NCBI GenBank assembly: GCA_016840405.1
Contig: JAEOSK010000030.1
Coordinates: forward strand, 1-29,601
Direction: 5' to 3'
Origin: Candidatus Hermodarchaeum yapensis
Lineage (GTDB): Archaea > Asgardarchaeota > Hermodarchaeia > Hermodarchaeales > Hermodarchaeaceae
DNA length: 29,601 nucleotides
Under the pieces are notes generated by a model. The model had not been told where the DNA came from. It worked only from the letters and a program-made list of their open reading frames with translations, and ran no database searches. A program made the translations under genes and the position numbers. Shown here one piece after another: positions 8,357 through 16,925 of this stretch (the first letter of the stretch is position 1; every line of letters starts with the position of its first letter).

Positions 8357-8753
8357 TCTCTGAATCGAAAAGAAGAACTTCAAAGGCTTATTTGCTTTCA
8401 ATTTTTTGTAATATTTTGATATTCACTTTCAACTGAATCATCTAAAGATATTTTTACCCTATTTCTATTAGTATAATAATAATCTATACTATTTCGATGT
8501 GTAGAAAACTAATGCGAGTACCTTTAACTACTGTTTTTATCTATACATATTTACAATAATTTATACAAATTAACATAATAGTTTTTCTTTGAATGGAAAA
8601 TAAGTGATGGTTTCGTATAGATAAAAAATACTATTTAACATTAAAGAATATAATAGAACATATAGTTATATAATATACCAAAAGTTCCCTATCTTGTTTG
8701 AAAATTAAATCAGAGCGGAATCTCAAAAAAACAGATACAGATCGCACTCAATA
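8357..8753. other. AT-rich non-coding region B, between convergent genes
   Basis: 8521-8580 has 10 G+C in 60 nt; lies between two stop codons. Confidence 0.85.
8534..8627. repeat. perfect 13-bp inverted repeat with 68-bp spacer
   Basis: TTTTTATCTATAC (8534-8546) and GTATAGATAAAAA (8615-8627). Confidence 0.8.
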
Positions 8754-9479
8754 TTACTTTACATCAATGACTAAACCTTTGGGCGTGATGTTCAGTGAGT
8801 GCCAGGCGCTGTCATGGCCTTGCGGCATGGCTCGTACGCGTATTTCCCGTTGAAGCCCTTCGTCGGCTTTGCCTTCACGGAGTCGGATCTCAATAATGCC
8901 ATCAGCGATGTGCATAGCAGCACGTGTAGCGACGGTTCCCTGGGTCTGGGGGTCAAGGGTTATAATGGTGCTATAATTTTCACCCGCGAGGAAGACCTTG
9001 GCACGACGGAGGAAGCGTAGGACACGAATGTCATTGCCGAGAAGGATGAAGAGATCGCTGATGCTGTCGATGATGCAGCGTCCGTTTTCACCAAGTTGGA
9101 TGGATGCGGTGGTGAGAAGGTGGATAAGTTTGTCGAGGTTGAGGGCAGAGAGGGTGAACTCGCGGTCTTCTTCTTCGATTTTGGCGAGGAAGTCGGGATA
9201 GCTGAATGTGAAGCCTTCGATAATGCGGAGGTTTTTGCCCTCGTATTTCGTGATATCCCAGTTAAAGTCCATAAATAGGCGCGTAATAGCTTCTCGGTGA
9301 GTTTCCGTGAGGATAAAAACACTATTTTCCTCTTTGTGGACGCCTTCCCAGAGAAATTGGTGAGCGAGAAGGCTTTTTCCCGTTCCAGCATCGCCAAGCA
9401 GCAATGTGAGTCCGTCGGCGGGAACGCCACCTCGGAGAAGCTTATCTAATCCGCTGATGCCTGTGCTTCGTAGTTCCAT
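8754..9479 (-). CDS. single-domain KaiC/GvpD/RAD55-family RecA-like ATPase
   Basis: STGISGLDKLLRGGVP, Walker A GDAGTGKS, Walker B IIDSIS, ADGIIEI, I-T-x-KGL C-terminus. Confidence 0.9.
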   Translation of the reverse strand: MELRSTGISGLDKLLRGGVPADGLTLLLGDAGTGKSLLAHQFLWEGVHKEENSVFILTETHREAITRLFMDFNWDITKYEGKNLRIIEGFTFSYPDFLAKIEEEDREFTLSALNLDKLIHLLTTASIQLGENGRCIIDSISDLFILLGNDIRVLRFLRRAKVFLAGENYSTIITLDPQTQGTVATRAAMHIADGIIEIRLREGKADEGLQREIRVRAMPQGHDSAWHSLNITPKGLVIDVK

Positions 9480-9571
9480 GAAGGGATTCCATCCAGTTTC
9501 TTATCTAAAGAGAGATAGGCGGTTTGTTGAGTAAAAGACTTTCTCTAATTCTGGAACCAGTGAATGCAGAA

Positions 9572-9609
9572 GTAGAAAAAAGAAGAGACCCCTCCGCGGA
9601 GGGGTATCT
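9572..9609 (-). terminator. hairpin plus T-tract terminator
   Basis: Perfect 18-bp palindrome ACCCCTCCGCGGAGGGGT (9588-9605) followed on the minus strand by a T-tract, just after the 9617 stop. Confidence 0.75.
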
Positions 9610-9616
9610 AGAGTTA

Positions 9617-11467
9617 TTATTCGGAGACCTTGGTCCCACAGGCTGGACAGAATCCTACGCCCAGTGGAATGGGAGAACCACAATTGATACAGGTGGTTTC
9701 TGGAGGCCCTTTGGCAGGAGGCCCATATTCATCAGGCGGTGGTGGTAACTCCTTTTCAAATTCTACTTTCGGTTCAGCCGGTGGAGCCGCAGGTGACGGG
9801 GCTCGCTCACCTCTTCGGAAAACACCGAGGGTGCGTGTGATTAGCCAGTAGATACCATAGATGCCCATTAGAACCACTATCAATAGAACGGGTATTGACC
9901 ATGGAATGTCTTGGAGGATGAGGAGGAGAAATTCGATAAGGCTAGTATAGCTGACTCTGACGTAGGCTTGGTTACTGGTCTTCTCCCATGGGCGGAGGAT
10001 GTCATCAACGTAGGTCACATTCGCGGGTCGAGCGACATATCCACCTTCACCTGTAATGGTAACTTCATATGTGTGAGTTACACTTTCACCTGGGGATAGG
10101 CTAGTATAGTTTGCGGTTGCACTACCTGTGATATCGATTCTACTGTAGGGTAAGTTCAGGTATGCGTCCCAAGCATGGGAGTCATCAAGATATATATCGG
10201 TCACTGTCTGGTTGGGATCGATGTTTGTGAGGGTGATGGTTACGGTTGCCGTCCCTCCAACAGGTATAACGGGAGTTATGGATTTCCGGACGGAGAGTCC
10301 AGGCGGGAAATCGCCTTCAAACCTAACGATAATGTTACTTACCGACGATGTGTTTTGCCAATGTGCGGTGGACTGGAGAACCATCACCATTTCAGGCGAG
10401 GTAGTGTTCGTCATCTCAGGAGGAGTATACCAAGTGATGTTGACACCGCCAGGGAAGATCATAGTGAATTCAAAGGCATCCAGACTACCGATAGTGATGT
10501 TGCCAGTGCGGGCGACAAATTCGTTGACGTTGAATTCTTGTTCTTCGCGACCATAGAATTTGTCTAAGTGTTTACTTGCCCATGCTGCGACGGTGAGACT
10601 TCCAGTTAGTTGCATTGATGACTTCATGGGGGTAGAGCTGGGACTGAATACTCCTAGATTTAGGAATCCAGCCATTCCTACGCCACCAATCGAATCATTG
10701 GCCAAGGCATAGGTGACTAGGTCAGAAGCACCATCCCGAGTTGCTCCGAGGGCTGCCATGTATTCTTGGAAACGGTCACGACCTTGAATTTCTATGGGAT
10801 CTAATGAACCAGGTTCGCCAAAGTAGCCGTAGGCGTGGATTGCGAGGGTCATGTTGGGAATTGGGAGGAGTAATCCGAAAACATGGCTGAAATCAACACC
10901 AATGGTCGTTTCAAAGTCGAGGTGAATGGAATCCGCAGCAGCAGCAATCTGAGCGGAGTCACCTTCTCCGAAAATCATGAGGATCGCATTAGGAGGCAAG
11001 AGATCGAGAATCCCCATCATCATGTCCAGTTCGGAGCCGCCTCCAGAGGTATCATTGGTGATCAAGGAAAAGAGTCCAGTGAAAACGTCTAAGTAGTCAC
11101 CCCATCGAAAGATGCTGAGTGCCATTAGACAACCTGAATAGTAAGGAGCAGCTGTGCTCCAAGAGCCAACATCCCCAGCAGCCAAAATAGTGCTGGTCAT
11201 GGAGCCATCATCATCAACGATGAATGCTGCCATGTCTGCATCCCCTTCCAACGTGAAATCCTGAGCTAGATGAGAATATGGCATTGGCGAGCTCGTTGGA
11301 ACACCTGAGGAGAGGGTGACAGTCGAGGTAGAACCAATTGGTGCATTCAGAGTAAAAATCAGCATAAATGCACTAAGAAGGAGTAGGATCCCGATCGATG
11401 CGACGAAGAGGGTTAAGGTTGTTGGTCGTGCTGAGAGGAGTGAATGATGAGTTTTGATTCGTTTCAT
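9617..11467 (-). CDS. surface protein with signal anchor, Ig/CARDB-like domain, C-terminal TM, Pro-rich linker and zinc ribbon
   Basis: N-terminal hydrophobic helix; GGTATVTITLTN...LSPGESVT motif; C-terminal CINC-x10-CPAC. Confidence 0.8.
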   Translation of the reverse strand: MKRIKTHHSLLSARPTTLTLFVASIGILLLLSAFMLIFTLNAPIGSTSTVTLSSGVPTSSPMPYSHLAQDFTLEGDADMAAFIVDDDGSMTSTILAAGDVGSWSTAAPYYSGCLMALSIFRWGDYLDVFTGLFSLITNDTSGGGSELDMMMGILDLLPPNAILMIFGEGDSAQIAAAADSIHLDFETTIGVDFSHVFGLLLPIPNMTLAIHAYGYFGEPGSLDPIEIQGRDRFQEYMAALGATRDGASDLVTYALANDSIGGVGMAGFLNLGVFSPSSTPMKSSMQLTGSLTVAAWASKHLDKFYGREEQEFNVNEFVARTGNITIGSLDAFEFTMIFPGGVNITWYTPPEMTNTTSPEMVMVLQSTAHWQNTSSVSNIIVRFEGDFPPGLSVRKSITPVIPVGGTATVTITLTNIDPNQTVTDIYLDDSHAWDAYLNLPYSRIDITGSATANYTSLSPGESVTHTYEVTITGEGGYVARPANVTYVDDILRPWEKTSNQAYVRVSYTSLIEFLLLILQDIPWSIPVLLIVVLMGIYGIYWLITRTLGVFRRGERAPSPAAPPAEPKVEFEKELPPPPDEYGPPAKGPPETTCINCGSPIPLGVGFCPACGTKVSE

Positions 11468-11489
11468 TTTTTTATCGTCTCCTTTGGTG

Positions 11490-12116
11490 TCAATCTGGTG
11501 GGAAGAAGGAGCGTCCGATGAGACCTCCGATGATTGCAGCGACGGTGAGAATGATGAAGTTTAATGCAGCTGGAAGGACAAGTGTCCCTAAGAGGATGTT
11601 TTGAAGTACGCCCATGAAAGCGGTTGGATCTGTCATGCCGCCGCCGGTGATATCTCCGAGTCCACCAGTAACGGCGTTCAATATAGGTCCGATAACAGGG
11701 GCATTTAGAATATTGAATACCGAAACATCAGGGGGGATAGTGAATAAGATTGACATGAAATCAATGCTGCCTGAACCCCCTGAGAGGAGGAGGGGCAGAA
11801 AGGCAGCAGCCAATCCAACAAGCATCATAATGAAGGTCAGAGTGGAGATGACCATAGCGACTGGAATGGCACCCCAGAGGCTACGGACAAAGAGTCCGGC
11901 AACAAATCCAATTGTTACCCAAGCGATTAACACAGTTGGATACATGAGGGGATGGCCAAAATACATGTTCAGATACATCAAAAAGAAGCGGAACCATGGC
12001 CCAAAATAAGGGGCAAGCCAGAGGAGTAGGTCAGTGTAGCCAGTGGGAAACAGGAAATAAGCCATTGAGATGGTGAGAAAGAATCCGATAGTAAGTCCGA
12101 TTAGTTTACGTCCCAT
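11490..12116 (-). CDS. multi-pass membrane protein, probably co-transcribed with 9617-11467
   Basis: Hydrophobic 208 aa; 22-bp gap containing SD GGAGA before the next gene. Confidence 0.75.
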   Translation of the reverse strand: MGRKLIGLTIGFFLTISMAYFLFPTGYTDLLLWLAPYFGPWFRFFLMYLNMYFGHPLMYPTVLIAWVTIGFVAGLFVRSLWGAIPVAMVISTLTFIMMLVGLAAAFLPLLLSGGSGSIDFMSILFTIPPDVSVFNILNAPVIGPILNAVTGGLGDITGGGMTDPTAFMGVLQNILLGTLVLPAALNFIILTVAAIIGGLIGRSFFPPD

Positions 12117-12235
12117 TGTATCTCATTCCTAAAGGGGCTAGTTAGTAAGCTTGTCTCTCAAAAAACACGCCTATTAAGGTTTCTCGACTTAAAACCAGTC
12201 TAAATCAAATCTACGCAATCCTTAGAAATAACCCG

Positions 12236-12304
12236 TTACTTGCGACTCCGACGGCGTTTGCGCCGCATCTTCCGCGCTCGCTTCTTCTTCCACTTCTTCC
12301 GCAT
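12236..12304 (-). CDS. rpl41e: ribosomal protein eL41/eS32 (MRKKWKKKRARKMRRKRRRSRK), not in the ORF track
   Basis: Hand translation; matches the eL41 pattern MRxKW(R/K)KKRxR(R/K)x(K/R)RKRR; SD GGGTGG upstream. Confidence 0.88.
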   Translation of the reverse strand: MRKKWKKKRARKMRRKRRRSRK

Positions 12305-12513
12305 AACAGGATCCACCCAGTCTTCGAGAAACGTATAGTTCAGTTGAATCAAGCCTACAAAAGAATTGTGATTGATGCTCTTTATTTCAATGAGGTTCCC
12401 AAAAATAGAGAGCTTTAATGAGAGTTGGAGTCGTCCCCAATCATAATCCTATTCAATGAGGTTTTTGTTGACCTGATTTCTTGAACCGAAAATCGATTCT
12501 GTCCTCTGTCTGG

Positions 12514-12551
12514 GATAAAAAAAGGGAGGGGGTTGGGTTTATTTGACCCAC
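12514..12551 (-). terminator. T-tract terminator after the 12571 gene
   Basis: Minus strand TGGGTC-AAATA-AACCCA hairpin, then CCCTTTTTTT. Confidence 0.55.
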
Positions 12552-12570
12552 GATGATTCAATGATTCTTG

Positions 12571-12906
12571 CTATGCTCCTTCCGTTTCGGCAATGGCTCC
12601 AGCGATTATGAGGAAAAGCCCTCCAATCGAGAAGAGTGAAAAAACACCGATGATGATGAGTCCAACCTTATGTTGTTGAGGTTCATGTCGCCACATGAGG
12701 GGAATGAACCCGAAGATCAAGCCTATGATAGTGGCTGGGATGAGAAATATTCCTATTCCCAATAGAACCCATCCAATTGCTTCGGGTGCCCACATTAATA
12801 CGGGGATAAGAGCTATAGCAAGGATGGCTATAAAGCCAAATGCAGCAAGCAAATTTAAAATCACGCCAACTAGTGTTAGAGTTGATGCTGTTTCATTTGA
12901 TCCCAT
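12571..12906 (-). CDS. small 3-4 TM membrane protein
   Basis: Hydrophobic; C-terminal IGGLFLIIAGAIA motif; SD GGAG. Confidence 0.75.
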   Translation of the reverse strand: MGSNETASTLTLVGVILNLLAAFGFIAILAIALIPVLMWAPEAIGWVLLGIGIFLIPATIIGLIFGFIPLMWRHEPQQHKVGLIIIGVFSLFSIGGLFLIIAGAIAETEGA

Positions 12907-13080
12907 TGTTCAGATAACTCCAGTTTATTCTGATTCCTAATCATTCCATGAGATGAATGATGAAATCCATTGTTAAGAAGGCATCATTAAATCATTATCA
13001 CTTGTACAATGGATTTTTGATAATTCATTCACTTTAGCAATAAGAAATGATTATTTAGACTGGTGAAATGTGCATTAGCC

Positions 13081-13941
13081 ATGGAATATGTTGCCTTAGT
13101 GAAAGCGACCCCAGATTTTGAAAAGTCACTGGATGAAGGATTGAAATTCATCGGGGGATTTGGCAATCTTCAATCGCCGGTGATTATCAAACCTAATATC
13201 TGTACGATTTCGGATGGCACTGGATATTCTGTTACCAGCGTTAAGGTAATTGAGGCTGTTGTGAATCTCCTGCTCCGCGAAAATCCCAGTTTAGCAATTC
13301 GGATTGTTGAATCAGATAGCCAGAGTAAATGGGTGAGCAAAGCCTTTGATAAATTCGGGTATTCAACATTAGCCGAGGATCGGCAACGTCAGAATTTCGA
13401 TGTGACGTGTGTAAATCTGAGTGAAAGTCCCACCGAGATGGTGGCCTTTGAGGGGGATTATTTCACCAATCCTGAACTTCCTGATGTTCTTGTACGTCCA
13501 GGCTATGTCATCTCAGTAGCCCAAGCGAAAACTCATTACCTCACGTTCATTACCGGGGCTCTAAAGAATCTGTTTGGTTTTCTTCCACGCAAAGATCAGG
13601 GGGTCTATCACAAGCTTATCAATGAAGTCATTGTAGATTTAGCCCGGCTGGTGCCACCTAGCCTTTGTGTCATTGATGCACGTGTGGGCGTAGAAGGATG
13701 GAACGGTCCAAAAACTCGGGCACTTGACACATTCATTATCGGGCATAAGGCTGCTTCGGTAGACGCGACGATGTTGAGAGTCATGGGTTTTGATCCAAAA
13801 AGTATCCGACATGTCGTTGAAGCAAGTAAGTATGATCATGGTTCACTGGATCCCGTGATTCTCGGTGAACCACTTGATTCGGTGAAGGTCCAGTTTAAGG
13901 CACCAAAGGGTTTGGACTCGGATGCTATGTTGTCGTCTTAG
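13081..13941 (+). CDS. DUF362 family protein
   Basis: IIKPN, VESD, KTH-x4-ITGALKNLFG, H, IDA-xx-GVEG-x-NGP and SVDA...MGFDP motifs. Confidence 0.88.
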   Translation: MEYVALVKATPDFEKSLDEGLKFIGGFGNLQSPVIIKPNICTISDGTGYSVTSVKVIEAVVNLLLRENPSLAIRIVESDSQSKWVSKAFDKFGYSTLAEDRQRQNFDVTCVNLSESPTEMVAFEGDYFTNPELPDVLVRPGYVISVAQAKTHYLTFITGALKNLFGFLPRKDQGVYHKLINEVIVDLARLVPPSLCVIDARVGVEGWNGPKTRALDTFIIGHKAASVDATMLRVMGFDPKSIRHVVEASKYDHGSLDPVILGEPLDSVKVQFKAPKGLDSDAMLSS

Positions 13942-14011
13942 TATCTAGCAAACCAAGAAAACGTATGAAATATATCTGTGATTAATGCAGGTAGTAGGAA
14001 GAGGTTTTAGA

Positions 14012-14437
14012 TTGGGTGCACTCACGTATTACACCGCTATTGCCATTAATACCATCATTATTGCGGGAATGCCGCTGGCAGCAATCCTTTGGGCAATAGT
14101 TCGCCGCTCAAAATGGTCGAAGGTTCGCTTCCTCTACGGGCGGATTCTAATCGTTACTGGACTCACAACTGTCTGCTACATGCCTGCGTATCTTATTCTA
14201 ATGAATTTCTTCATAATATCAACAATGGCCTATTTTGCCATGAGCTTAGTCCTATTCTTTATGTTCTTGGTAAAATTTCTTCTCTACACGCTGTTAATGA
14301 AACTCAAATCCCGTGGGGCCCTCATCACTAGCCTGGTTGGTGCAATCCTACTCTATCCGTTTATCCTGCTAGCAATGTTTAGTGGCTTTCTCTATTGGAG
14401 TTTCTTCATGATGTTATGGCTTTCACCACTACCCTAA
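14012..14437 (+). CDS. 4-TM membrane protein
   Basis: Hydrophobic ORF; SD GAGGT before TTG at 14012. Confidence 0.65.
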   Translation: MGALTYYTAIAINTIIIAGMPLAAILWAIVRRSKWSKVRFLYGRILIVTGLTTVCYMPAYLILMNFFIISTMAYFAMSLVLFFMFLVKFLLYTLLMKLKSRGALITSLVGAILLYPFILLAMFSGFLYWSFFMMLWLSPLP

Positions 14438-14476
14438 CATTTCATCTCTCATTTCTATCAGAAGGAGGACATACAA

Positions 14477-14956
14477 GTGACAACAGATTCGTCACAAAAG
14501 GTGTTTACCGATTTGGACTTTTATTTGTGGCGACTTCGCTATGAGCCAAAAGAGGAGTGGCAACCCGAAGTGTTCGTGATGGGATCAGATGCGGCTCTGA
14601 AAACTATCCAGGATGCTTTACGATCTATGCACGAAGATTTCAAAACCTATGGTAAAAGTACGCGGAAGTTTCTTTGTAATCCTCCTGAGGATGTTGATGT
14701 GGTGCGGTATGCTCGTGAGAAGAAGGCGGAGTTTGAGTGGTTAATTTGGTTGGTTGTTCAGATCGAACCAGATGTTTCCGATGATACTCGATATGATTTG
14801 AAGAATAAAGCAGTGACAATTCGTCTTAATGAAGAAATGCTGCAACAACTCCTTGAGGTTCTTGAACACCAATTAGCTCCTGAAACTCAGTTCCCGCATG
14901 GGAAAAAAGCGCCTGGAGGACTCTACTTTGCCCCAGATTGGCTTGGAGCAGAGTAA
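14477..14956 (+). CDS. soluble hypothetical protein
   Basis: 159 aa; SD AGGAGG before GTG; globular composition. Confidence 0.75.
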   Translation: MTTDSSQKVFTDLDFYLWRLRYEPKEEWQPEVFVMGSDAALKTIQDALRSMHEDFKTYGKSTRKFLCNPPEDVDVVRYAREKKAEFEWLIWLVVQIEPDVSDDTRYDLKNKAVTIRLNEEMLQQLLEVLEHQLAPETQFPHGKKAPGGLYFAPDWLGAE

Positions 14957-14972
14957 TCGTGAGGAAGTGTAA

Positions 14973-16748
14973 TTAACTTCTGTGTGTTTCTTTTCTTTCA
15001 AGATATAAGAATAGCAAGAGTGTGGGGAAACCGGCTGCGGTTAGATATCCTAAAAGGATGATTGGGAAGACAAGGAATAAGTGATAACCATACAGATACC
15101 AAGTCCAAGAAGTGCTCCATCCCTGAGAATAGACTATGACCATTCCAAATAGACAGAGTAAGATAGCAGTAATAGGATAACTAATCTTTATGCGAGGTTG
15201 TCTGATCGGTTTTTCTTGTTGAAAGAGGGGTTTAATAGAATAGGTAAATTTCAGTCCTTGATATATTATTGCAAGTCCAATACCGATTATGAAGAATAAG
15301 AGGCCGCTTAGTGTTGGGAGAATAGTTTGAAGTAAAGGGAAAAAATTCCAAATCAGATTCAGAGAATAGATGCTCCCTCTAATTATCGGATAAACAGGTC
15401 CTATGCTCCATAGATACAACCAAAATGGGAGTAATCCTGAATAGAGAATGATGTTTCCCACAAAAAAGCGTTCATAGACTTCTCTTAGGCGTTCACTCGT
15501 TGACTGTCTTCTTATAAGGAATAAGAGTAACAGAATTGAAATCATTAGTAAGAGAGCTGTTACCCAGACATAGGAATTGAATGATAATTGCATAATCATT
15601 TGGGTCGGAAGTGGTACATCTGGAAGACGGACAAGGAGAGCCGAATCATGTCCAAAGGCAAATATTCCGCCAGTTAGGAAGAATCCACCCTCCTCACTCA
15701 CTATTCCCGCCTCAAATCCTATACCATACTTATCACCGGTTCCATGGCTCCATTGCCACAATATCACTCCATCATTATTTATACGGACGGCATTGATTGA
15801 ACCGCTAGGTATGAATGGTGACGGATCGGGTCCAAATCCGGACACTAGAAAGCCTTCATGGCAGGCAACTATACTCCCTCCGTCGTTGAGTTGCCAGTAA
15901 GTGTTATTCCAAAGTTGATTCCCTTCATCATTGATTCGAAATACCTGTTGTCCAAGGATGAGAAAACCACTCGTAGAGCTTTCTACTACGTCATAGGCGG
16001 CGGGATCATCATATATTTGAGTCCAGCGAACGGAGCCATCTGATTCCAAGCGATAAGCCACAAGCTGATTGCTTTCATCTCCGACCAAAAGAAATGTTCC
16101 GTCACGACAATTGGTAACTGCAACTTGACTATTCGGAATATAATGTGCATAAGTTTTGTTCCAGAGCAAATCTCCATTGGTATCAAATCGGAGTCCATTC
16201 CATGTACGATTCTGTGTTGGTCCAGAATAAGTATCAGTGCTACAAACGACCAGCACCCCATCATCATTCGTGGCAGTGGCAGTACTCCAAGAACGGTAAA
16301 GAGATAGAGTATGATTACGTTCCCAGAGTATATTCCCATTCAGTCCATCAATGCAAGTGATGAAAAGGATGTTTGTGGGTGTTTCCGAATGTTTTCCCAC
16401 AATGAAATAGTGATTATCGGAACGCTGTAAGACCGCAATAGCCCAAGTTCTATGATAAAGGTGACTCCAAAGAACTTCACCCTGGTTGTTAACTCGCATC
16501 GCCATGGAATATTCAATTCGATGTTCAGTATTTTGAGATTGAGCTAAAACTATGACATCTCCATTCGAACAATTTGTGATGTCGATTCCAGTTAGACCCT
16601 CACCCCACATTTCATAGTAATATGCGTTTATCCATTGCTGTGGTCCGTACCAGTTAATTTGTCCAACATTTACATCCACTGAGTATGGGTAAGGTTGACT
16701 AGTTGGAATGAATGTGACGACCAGACAGAGAATGAAGATTAGTTTCAT
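14973..16748 (-). CDS. secreted beta-propeller protein with a C-terminal multi-TM domain
   Basis: Signal-like MKLIFILCLVV at 16748; repeated (D/N)xxG-x-x-LWN-x-TY blades; about 5 C-terminal TM helices. Confidence 0.8.
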   Translation of the reverse strand: MKLIFILCLVVTFIPTSQPYPYSVDVNVGQINWYGPQQWINAYYYEMWGEGLTGIDITNCSNGDVIVLAQSQNTEHRIEYSMAMRVNNQGEVLWSHLYHRTWAIAVLQRSDNHYFIVGKHSETPTNILFITCIDGLNGNILWERNHTLSLYRSWSTATATNDDGVLVVCSTDTYSGPTQNRTWNGLRFDTNGDLLWNKTYAHYIPNSQVAVTNCRDGTFLLVGDESNQLVAYRLESDGSVRWTQIYDDPAAYDVVESSTSGFLILGQQVFRINDEGNQLWNNTYWQLNDGGSIVACHEGFLVSGFGPDPSPFIPSGSINAVRINNDGVILWQWSHGTGDKYGIGFEAGIVSEEGGFFLTGGIFAFGHDSALLVRLPDVPLPTQMIMQLSFNSYVWVTALLLMISILLLLFLIRRQSTSERLREVYERFFVGNIILYSGLLPFWLYLWSIGPVYPIIRGSIYSLNLIWNFFPLLQTILPTLSGLLFFIIGIGLAIIYQGLKFTYSIKPLFQQEKPIRQPRIKISYPITAILLCLFGMVIVYSQGWSTSWTWYLYGYHLFLVFPIILLGYLTAAGFPTLLLFLYLERKETHRS

Positions 16749-16925
16749 GATGGAAACCGTATTCCCACTCAGTATTATATTTTCATTAGAAAAGTAGGTG
16801 TTGATAAAGCTTTGTTTGTAGCTTGGTTCCGCAATGTATACAATCAATAATGGATTAATATTGGTAACTCTTCCAAATCGAGGTTACCAGAAAATTCTAA
16901 AAAAAGAAATGAACGAAGAGGGCTG

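Noticed and set aside
7330-8753. CRISPR leader or array in the AT-rich regions
   Set aside because: No regularly spaced 24-40 bp direct repeats and no cas genes.
8754-9479. Circadian KaiC or RadA
   Set aside because: Single domain, no kaiA/kaiB, no RadA N-terminal HhH domain; generic archaeal KaiC-like ATPase.
12957-13070. C/D box sRNA starting at ATGATGA
   Set aside because: No CTGA D box at a suitable distance downstream.
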